Positions 54,165 to 64,000 of a DNA stretch of 64,000 bases are shown here, in pieces. Position 1 is the stretch's first letter. Every line of letters starts with the position of its first letter. The position numbers were made by a program, and so were the translations under genes. This DNA comes from Neoconidiobolus thromboides FSU 785. Its lineage: Eukaryota > Fungi > Entomophthoromycota. The stretch is from positions 157,516 to 221,515 of the forward strand of contig MU626265.1 in NCBI GenBank assembly GCA_025603075.1, given 5' to 3'. The notes below the pieces were generated by a model. It did not search any database. It saw only the letters and a program-made list of their open reading frames with translations, and had not been told where the DNA came from.

Positions 54165-55879
54165 TTGGGATTAAAATACAATATCAATAAAAAATGAAGC
54201 GCTTAAGATTAGTTTCTTTGTTTAAAAATTCAAATTCGTGGGGATTCTCTGATAAACTGTAAATCTTTTTATATTTTTTATAATTTCGTTTTTTTAAAAT
54301 GGATTTTAATCATTTGATTTTATTGCATAAATACTGATAATTGATTGGCAGTTAAGATGAAGCTAATTCAAATTTCATTTCATTTTTAGCTAAGATTATT
54401 TTAAGTTAAGTTTTATATTGGTTCATAATGAAAAATAAATCTTAGAATATAATATAAACTTAAAATTGTTTAAGCTTTGAGCATATTTAAAGAATGTTTT
54501 TATCATATATTTATCTTACGTAAATTCTGGACTATTAATTTTTAATCTCCTTCGTATGTTGATATTTAGATATAAAATTAACTCATTACAACATTAGTTT
54601 AAAACATTGTAAAGTATATATAGTAGCAATAACAAGGAATTTTATAATACTTTTTACCAAAATGGGTTGATGGAGTAACGATTTTTAATAGAGTTTTTGT
54701 GCATAAGTGCAGTTTTATTCTTTTGTTTAAAAACTATTGCTTCTTATTGTGTACAGAGTTTGTCATCATTTATATAAACTGTTATTATATTGCAAGTAGT
54801 TTATAAACCTTTACATACAGCTTATTTTCTATTTAGAAAGTAACTCGTCACTATATTGAATTAAAAAAGTTTCTTTTCTAGAAGCTTTAATATTTAAAAA
54901 TAAAACCCTGAGTGTTTAAATTGTTTGCTGAGAATCTAGTTCCTCCACTATATGCAAATAAATTAAATTTTTAAATTAATATAACCATTTTTTGCATAAA
55001 TGGCTTTTTGTGGCTCATCGAATGTAAGAAAACCTTGTAGCATCTTTGAATACATGTTATGTTTAAAATTTTGCCTAGAGTTATATTAAAAAGTTAATAA
55101 TTTTAATCCCTTTATGCTGGGCGTTACTCACACAAAAGCAGTATGTCAATTTTATGTATAGTAAATCACTCAAATATTTGCAACAACTAATAAGTAAATA
55201 AGAATAAATTTTATAGTAACAAGTATTGCTACATTTGTATTAGTGAATTTTTATTTTTTAGTTTTTTTAGTTTTTTTAGTTTTTTAGCTTAATTTAAAGA
55301 CTTCTGTTCCATCTTTTTATTGTACTTAAATATTCTTGCTTACTTTGACTGTCTAGCTTTATATAAGTAGTGTAGATATTTATTTAATATGCATGATACT
55401 TGAGTTATTAACAAAAGTAAAAAAGAAGTAATCATATTTTAATTCTAATGATAAAAAGCTTTAAAATTAATGTATTAAATAGCTCTAAGTCAAAAAATTG
55501 CTTAAGCTTATTTAAAAGAAATCATAAAGTGGAATTTCTGTGTTTGATGATTTGTATACTTATTTTTTTAATAATAACATGTAATGTTTAAACAAATGCA
55601 CTTTGATTTATTTAGTTATTCTGTTTGTACTATTGCATTTAGCATGTGCTATTAAATAATTCAAAGCCATTTTTGCTATAAAATTATATAAAGTCTAAAG
55701 TAACAATTTACCCATATCATCCCTAATTTACTCTCATTGCCAATAAATTTGCAATAATTGAATCATTGCCAAAAACTAGAAGAAAAATTAATTGGCTAAA
55801 ATAAATTCAATCCAAAATTGAGAACCTAGCTACTATCCATCAATTCCTACACTTCCTTTAGCCTTTTAATTCTTAAAAA

Positions 55880-56771
55880 ATGAATGAAGATAATTTGTTT
55901 AAACATTTTGATTTCCCAGCCAACCATGGGCAACAGGTAGTTCATATCGATCATAATTCTATACATCCTTTCACGATGCCCATGGTTCATCAATCCCATT
56001 TCCCAGACACTCTTGAGCTGACTCATAGAATAGCCCAAGAATTACACCAAAACGCACTTTCGACGTTTAGTCTAAGTCCTCACTTTAGTCATTTACCTTT
56101 GATGCAACCTCCTCAATTATCTGAAAAATCAGGAATAAGTTTATCTCAACAACACCAAAGGTTGATAGCTCCCACGCCTCATCCGGCGATGGAAAGTTTT
56201 ACTACCACGCAGGTGCCAACCCAAAACCAACCTAAGCCAAAAAGGATAAGAAAGCCAAAAAAGAAAACAGAAACTATTAAAGTACCCAAAACAACGACTA
56301 AAACGATAGCTAAAGCATTATCAAAGTCTTCAGAGTCCAGTACCGGACCAGTAGATAGGGGATACACTAACTTGATGCCAAGTAATTTTAAAAACTTGCT
56401 CCCTTACCCTTACGAAGTAAAACCTCGTGCTTTACGCACTTCATTCCCAGAAATGGCTAAAGTGGAAAGGGGCGCAAGAAGCGTAGATAATTGTGTGGAT
56501 AAAGCGGCCAGAAAAGCGTTAAAGTTAAAACGGGCTGCCGAAAGGGAAGAGCTAAGAAACCAACTTAAAGCAATCCAAGAAAATAGATATCGACCTGTAT
56601 TCTATTATCAACCTGCTACCCAGGTGGTGTTTTCAGATCCTTCTGGTAAGCAAGATTTTTCTAAAGTTTGATTTTTTATTCACATTTTTTAAAGTAGAAG
56701 CAACTACCTTCAATGGTAGATTCAGAAAGATTGTGCCTAAGGATCCTAGTTTTGTCACTGACAATGTTTAA
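55880..56771 (+). CDS. Hypothetical protein (280 aa; H/P/Q-rich N-terminus, basic NLS-like patch); intron 56646-56694
   Basis: Long ORF with GC above the intergenic level; a GTAAGC..AAG intron adds exon VEATTFNGRFRKIVPKDPSFVTDNV; CCAAT and TATA-like sites upstream. Confidence 0.65.
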
Positions 56772-57500
56772 TCGAGATCTGTTTTAAAAAAAGCTTCAGT
56801 ATTATCTTTTCCATATTTTTTATTTAGTCCTAAAATCATTTCGTGTTGTTTTTCTAAGAGAATAACTTGAGTATTAATCTTTTTTTCAAATTAATAAATT
56901 TTAAGATAGAAAATTATGTATTGATTATTCTTCCCTTTATTCGATTAAAAGCCTTTTAAACGTTGGATAGTATATTTTGAAGCGATGTAACTGTACGTTA
57001 GTGATGGTATTTGTTGACAAAAAAATTCCAAGTGCTTTTCGAATTTCATAAGTGAGGTTCCAAGTTCCAGAATTATGGTTTCGATTTTAGTTAATTAATA
57101 TGAATAAGACTGTTTTACTAAACGATTAGTTAATTCAGTACAACAATGAGCTAAATGTTATTTAAACTATTTTAAGTAGGGGTGATTTTAAATAAATTAG
57201 ATTGTACAAGGGTTCACTTTAACATAAAATAGTTGTGTTAACGATTATAACGATTTGAAGCTGATCACCGTATTAAAAGAAATCAAATCATATTTAATTT
57301 AAAAGGAGAATATTTTTGATTAAAATCTAAACTAGCATTTTGAATGTCGCGACATGAATTCTATAGTATAACCATTCATTATTTCAAACAGTAACTAATA
57401 TTATACTTGATTTGTTCAAACAGCGTTACTTTAAAATATATAAGTAAACAAATATGGCTAATCTATATAATTTTAATCTAATTAAACAAACACTATGTAA

Positions 57501-58786
<1,286 letters not shown>

Positions 58787-58989
58787 GATATAGTTTAATC
58801 AAAATTATATTTATGGACAAAGGATCGAGTTTAATGCTTTTTATTTAACATTTAGAGAATGGTATAAGATTTTGTGAAAATTCTTGCACAATTTGACTTA
58901 TAATTTTCGCACCACTTTTAAATGTCTGATGACTAAAGTATTGTTGCTAACTTCATTTTAATAATTTAAAAAATAAAAACGTTTTTTTA

Positions 58990-60290
58990 ATTTAAGCCAT
59001 TTTTACTCAACATTCAATTGAAGAATAAATTGTATTAAACAATGGCTCTTTATTTGTATAACTAAATGCTATATCAACCAGTTTAGTGTCGTACTTATTA
59101 TTTAATAAAAGCTGCAGATTTTCTTAGACTGTGAATTATCGGAATATTGTCTTACTCAATCACTGAAGTGGCTAAGATTATAATTTACAACTTGAATATT
59201 TGCAAATAACTTTGGAAAATCAAAAATAGGTTGAACTCAAAGGTCAGAATTAGCAAGTAAAACTTTAGTAATAGAGCTACAACTCGGATTTTGTTCTGAT
59301 ACCGTTTGATTATTTGCCTTGTTACAATTACTCATAATCCTATCTAAATTAAGTTTTATTTTATTACATCACATAATATATAATTTTGATACTTTGAGGT
59401 TTAACTTAGGTAAAATAGCAACTAAACAATACTCAAATAATTCGTTATAATATAGACTTAGTTTTGTTAAATACTTCATGTTTTTCGGGTTCATCAGATT
59501 GAAATTACTTGATTTTTTGTGCTTAAACTTTGGATTTTATTGCTTTTAAGCTGTTCTAGTATATTTAATAATAAATTAGTATTTGCATTCCTTCGATTAC
59601 TAATTTCGTACCTTGAGTTTTCTTCAAATCTCTAACATATTTCATTATATGAGGATATGTTTTTTTGTTTAAGAATTTTACCACAATCTTTCCACTGAAA
59701 TAGCGCTTAAAAAATGGAAAAATAATGAAACCAAAAAAAAACAGCTCCATATCAACTGTGTTGTCCAAATTTAACCATAACTTGGGCTATTCAAATGAAA
59801 CAAAATTATGAGTATTTAAAAATAAATAGGCTGTTCTATAATTATTGATATTAAGATAGAATACAGTTAATTAAAGGAATCTTTTTATTTCACTCATATC
59901 AGTTAAATCTAGTATCCCTATATCTATTTTAGGCATCCTTAATCTTACTTCTATTTAAATCTTGACCTAGATTCTTTAACACTAAAATTTCAGTTTCTAC
60001 TTTAAATGGTTCTAATTTTGCAATAATTAGCTTTCAATTATTAAGTTGCTTCTATCCAGATTAACAAAAACATGTCATAATTTTTGTTTCCGAACATAAC
60101 TTCTAATTTTCTAATATACCTTTATTAAACTATTTTAACTATTGAGTTTTCAAATGGTGTCGAAATTTGTTTATTATAGTTGAATAACCCATGGTTTGTA
60201 GACACCTCTTTTATATACTTATATAAATCTAAATACCAAGTTTATCTGTGCTGTAAGTATATGATACTTGGTATCATCACCACGCTTTTG
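58990..60290 (-). pseudogene. Decayed protein-coding relic (F-box/RNI-like LRR character), interrupted by MITE copy 13
   Basis: Fragments RYIRKLEVMF, LLNILEQLKSNKIQSLS, KYLTKLSLYYNELFEYCLVAILPKLNLKVSKLYY and NSDL*VQPIFDF, separated by stops and frameshifts; the family call is tentative. Confidence 0.3.
59651..59748 (+). mobile_element. MITE copy 13
   Basis: ATAT|GAGGATA...CAGCTCC|ATAT. Confidence 0.9.
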
Positions 60291-60325
60291 AGAAAATTGT
60301 AATTGCAACTGTGATTATTAATAAT

Positions 60326-60425
60326 GGAGATGTATTTTTGTATTTAAGGATTTTATTAACAATTTTCCCATCCAAGTAGTGATCAAAAGATGGAAAAAGT
60401 AATAGAGCCAAAAAAAAACATTCCC
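60326..60425 (+). mobile_element. MITE copy 14 (older, degenerate)
   Basis: TAAT|GGAGATG...CATTCCC|AATG; internal blocks still recognisable. Confidence 0.8.
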
Positions 60426-60544
60426 AATGTTCCTTCACGAGAGTGTCGAAATGTTATTCAATCGCTTCCACTGTAACATTGTAAAATCTTTTGCTTAAAA
60501 CAATAAATTAAATAAAGCTTCTGGTTTATTGTATTTGGAGATTT

Positions 60545-60640
60545 AGGGTGTTTTTTTCGGTTTCCGCACTTTTTCCATTTAAAGCGCTATTTGAGTGGAA
60601 AAGTTGCTAGTAAAATCCTTGAATAAAAAAATACACCCTC
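60545..60640 (-). mobile_element. MITE copy 15
   Basis: ATTT|AGGGTG...CACCCTC|ATTT. Confidence 0.88.
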
Positions 60641-60710
60641 ATTTTAATTAATATGACATCTGGTAGTTTAATTAACATTTTGTAAAAGTTTAGATTAAAT
60701 CTTACTAAAT

Positions 60711-60803
60711 GGAGGTTGTTGTTTTTTGGCTTTATCGTTTTTTTCATCTTTTAAGCGCTATTTGAGTGAAAAAATTCTTAGTGAAATCCTTAAAATATAT
60801 CCC
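60711..60803 (-). mobile_element. MITE copy 16
   Basis: AAAT|GGAGGTTG...TATCCC|AAAC. Confidence 0.82.
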
Positions 60804-61326
60804 AAACTAATTTTGACTTTATCCCTGTTTTTTTGGGCAAGGCTTAGTTTATCAACCTTGAACCTTTTGCTATCTGAAAGTTTAAATCTTTAAAAGATTA
60901 AAAGAGTTCAAACAATTTTAATAAAATGGTCTCCCATTTTAAAAATAAGCATTTCAAAAGCTTTGAAAAGGACAACAGTAATAAATAGGAGCGAATAAAA
61001 AAATAAAACTAAATAGAACCAGGTAGAACCAAGTAGAATCATTCTGAGCTCCAAATTTTAAACTCATTATTCTAAGCCAATTAAGCTTTTCGATTCTCGG
61101 CTCAAGGCTCCTCTTCTTTAATAAATTATCTGCTTATCCTTACCTAAAAATAGCATCAATTTCAAATCTTTTAGTATTTTCCGACAAAAAATAATTGGGT
61201 TTTGGGGTAAAAGATGAGTCATGATTGCAGATGATGAAATCTATTATCCCTGAATTATAATTAAAAATCGTCAATATATAACTAGAATATTAACAAAAGC
61301 AAATTTATCTTTTTTCAAAATTTAGA

Positions 61327-63283
61327 ATGTATATTTTAAAAAGTAGTAGTAAAATAATCGAGTTAAAAGGTATATACTAGAACTTTTTAGTTTATTGTGA
61401 TTTATTTTTATTACTATAGGAAGCTATTTCAGAACCTTCTCTTCGACTTCCTATGTAAGATATACTAAAGGTAAATTTTAACTACTATAATTTATTACAA
61501 TAGTAATTTTTTTAATAGAAAGGGTCATGATACTTGGTAATTAGAACTCATAAAAAATCAATAATAATAATAACGATTTATTTTTTATCTATTAAAAAGG
61601 TTCAGGCTGGGGAGGTAACTGAATTATCAGTCAATAGCTAAATCAAACACTAACTCATCTTTAGGATTTAAGTTAGCAAAAGATTTAGACAATAGGAAAT
61701 ATGATGTTACTCTGATTTCACCAAGAAATTACTTCCTATTTACACCACTATTGGCAAGTACTTCAGTGGGTACTTTGGAGTTTCGTACCATTACTGAAAC
61801 GATACGTAAGCATAATCCAAAGGTCCATTATATTGAAGGAAGTTGTCAAGAGATTAAGTTTGAGGATAAAAAGTTAAAGATTGCTCCCAATTTTGATAAC
61901 AACCAATCGTTTGATATTGGTTATGACCATCTTGTTGTGGCTGTAGGTGCCATTTCTAATACGTTTGGTATTAAAGGAGTTGGAGAACATGCTCATTTTT
62001 TAAAAGATATTGCAAATGCTAGAAGTATTCGTAGAAAGGTTATGGATTGTAAGTGGTATTGCATTGTTTAGTTTTGGCTTAATTTCGTTTTTTAGGTTTT
62101 GAAAAGGCAATTTTACCAACTTCCAATGAAGAAGATAAGCAAAGATTATTGAATTTCGCTGGTAATTGAATTTCATCATACTACTTACTATTTAAATTTG
62201 ACCCTTTTGTATCATAGTTGTAGGCGGAGGACCAACAGTAATTACCAGAGATTATTTGCTTTAATGTATATTAATTAATTTATAAAGGGAGTCGAATTTT
62301 CGGCTGAATTACACGATCTATTAAAAGAAGACATGGCAAGATTATATCCCACTCTTATGCCATTTGTTAAAATGACACTTTATGACGTCGCACCAAATAT
62401 TTTATCTTCATTTGACTCCAAGTTATCCACTTTTGCTACTAAATTGATGAATCGCGAAGGTATCAAAATTAAAACGGGTAAAGATTATTACAACTTTATA
62501 TGAGAGTATAAAATTTAATTTCTTTTCTAAGGTACTTCAATTACAGAAATTAAATCAGACTCTATAATATTAAAAGATGGAGAAGAAAGTGATTACTTTT
62601 ATTTTATTTCTAGAATAAAAACTAACTATAAATATAGTCCCTGTTGGTATGGTAGTTTGGGCTACTGGTGTAACTGAAACCCCATTAATAAAAAGTTTGA
62701 AAGAGAGTATAGCTACTGACGGATGGCGGTTATCAACAGATGATCAACTACGATTGCTAAGTAAAAAAACAAACCAAGTGTTAGATGATAAAGTGTAAGA
62801 TCTATAAAAATATTATTTCAAAATAAAACTAATCCACCTACCAAAAACTAGTTATGGCATTGGAGATTGCGCAACAATTCAAGGCAATCCCTTGGCCTGC
62901 ACAGCTCAAGTAGCGGAACAACAAGCCACTTATTTGATACAAAAATTCAATGATCCCAAATTTTACGAACGTCCATTATCTACAAAATTAAACAAGCCAT
63001 TTAAATTTAACAATAAGGGAATTATGGCTTATTTAGGAAATTGGCAAGCAATTGTTGAACTATCAGACCCTTTAAATGAATCTGGTAAAGGAAAAATTAA
63101 ACAATCGGGCTATGTTGCTTGGTTTCTATGGCGTTCTGCTTACATGACCAAATCTGTTTCTTGGAGAAATAAGCTGTTGATCCCAGTATATTGGTAACTT
63201 TCATTTTTTATGTGTTGGCTTTGTTTATTGAGTTTTATAGGTTTATGACTTGGGCTTTTGGTAGAGATGTTAGTCGATTTTAG
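61327..63283 (+). CDS. Type II (alternative) mitochondrial NADH dehydrogenase, NDE/NDI family; many exons including 15-20 nt microexons
   Basis: ERVMILG|SGWG|GFKL, ISPRNYFLFTPLLASTSVGTLEFR, YDHLVVAVGA, FLKDIANA, VVGGGPT|GVEF, TAQVAEQQ, WRSAY, FGRDVSRF. Confidence 0.93.
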
Positions 63284-63431
63284 ATGAAGTTTATTGAGCT
63301 AAATTCAATATTAAAATGTAGATTAAAAACTATTGATATTTTACATTACTTTTATCATTTCATCAAATTTACTTATGTAGAATAGAACAAACTAGAGTGG
63401 ATCTTAAGTAACAACTTACAAATAGAAATAT

Positions 63432-63530
63432 GGGGATATGTTTTTTCGTTTAAGAATTTTACTAGTAAGTTTTCTCACTTAAATAGCGCTTAAAAACTGG
63501 AAAAAGTAATGAAGTCAAAAAAACACTCAC
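63432..63530 (+). mobile_element. MITE copy 17 (overlaps the 3' end of the Kelch-like ORF)
   Basis: ATAT|GGGGATA...CACTCAC|ATAT. Confidence 0.9.
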
Positions 63531-64000
63531 ATATATTATTACTAGTTTTATTGATATTTTGTTTCTTCTTACTCTTACAATAAAATAAACCATAAATAAT
63601 TATAAAAAATAAAACTATGACAACTAAATTACCAATAACCTCATTCATTTTTGAGTTACCTGTTGAATTTAATACTTTTCTATAATTACTATCCTTATGA
63701 CTCATAGCTTCATCTGATGTATATAGTTGATCGAAATCTTCATTCTCCTTTTTTGTTGCTGGTCCAATTGTGTTACTTAATTTGATTGTTTTCTTCTCTA
63801 GGTCAAGTGTTTTTAAATCAATTGCAATGATATCATATTGACTATCGCTGTTATTGATATCTCCATAAAAGAACACAACTTTATCATTGATTAGCTCGCT
63901 TGAATGCCATGCTCTACCAATGTCAAATATCATGTTATCAAAGTCAATAATGTCGATTTTTGTCCATTGCCAATTAGTCAAGTTCAATAGCTGAATATCG
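63490..64000 (-). CDS. 3' part of a Kelch-repeat single-pass membrane protein (5' end outside the window)
   Basis: DIQLLNLTNWQW, GRAWHSSELINDKVVFFYGD kelch-like motif, TM helix IGNLVVIVLFFIIIYGLFY followed by KSKKK; the frame is open to the window edge. Confidence 0.6.
   Translation of the reverse strand, partial: DIQLLNLTNWQWTKIDIIDFDNMIFDIGRAWHSSELINDKVVFFYGDINNSDSQYDIIAIDLKTLDLEKKTIKLSNTIGPATKKENEDFDQLYTSDEAMSHKDSNYRKVLNSTGNSKMNEVIGNLVVIVLFFIIIYGLFYCKSKKKQNINKTSNNICECFFDFITFSSF

Noticed and set aside
40086-55290. Short tandem repeats (AAAAATGCTAT x3 at ~40088, AATAGTTT x4 at ~42760, TTTTTTAG x4 at ~55254)
   Set aside because: Ordinary slippage repeats in AT-rich spacers.
56800-57090. Minus-strand frame resembling a Tc1/IS630 HTH (TYEIRKALGIFLSTNTITNV)
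   Set aside because: There is no DDE motif or TIRs, and another frame fits an LRR-like relic equally well; it cannot be called the MITE's transposase.

Overview
AT-rich, intron-dense eukaryotic DNA. The short (about 40-60 nt) GT-AG introns and the gene set point to an early-diverging fungus; Conidiobolus-like Entomophthoromycotina is my inference, not demonstrated. It carries about 27 protein-coding genes, mostly conserved housekeeping: REEP/Yop1-like, GPN2, CDC42, ACMSD, LAMTOR5, VMA7, eIF5, YAK1, BUD31, CCT2, HSP70, DCAF7, synaptojanin, ABZ1, STE14, SYO1, Lunapark, TGS1, an NDE-type NADH dehydrogenase and two PPR genes. The main accessory signals are: (1) 17 copies of one ~97-bp MITE with G(G/A)GG..CC(C/T)C ends and a 4-bp AWWT target-site duplication (Sola-like). 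An empty site within the window supports the TSD. Two pairs form inverted dimers, and one copy supplies a gene's stop codon. (2) A tandem pair of intronless secreted Asn/Phe/Gly-rich precursors with dibasic Kex2-type sites that share an almost identical 81-aa C-terminal module. (3) A stand-alone voltage-sensor-domain protein that aligns to Hv1 but lacks its proton-channel residues. (4) An NADH dehydrogenase whose two Rossmann glycine motifs sit on 15-20 nt microexons. No CRISPR array, rRNA or intact tRNA was seen. All gene models and alignments were made by eye.
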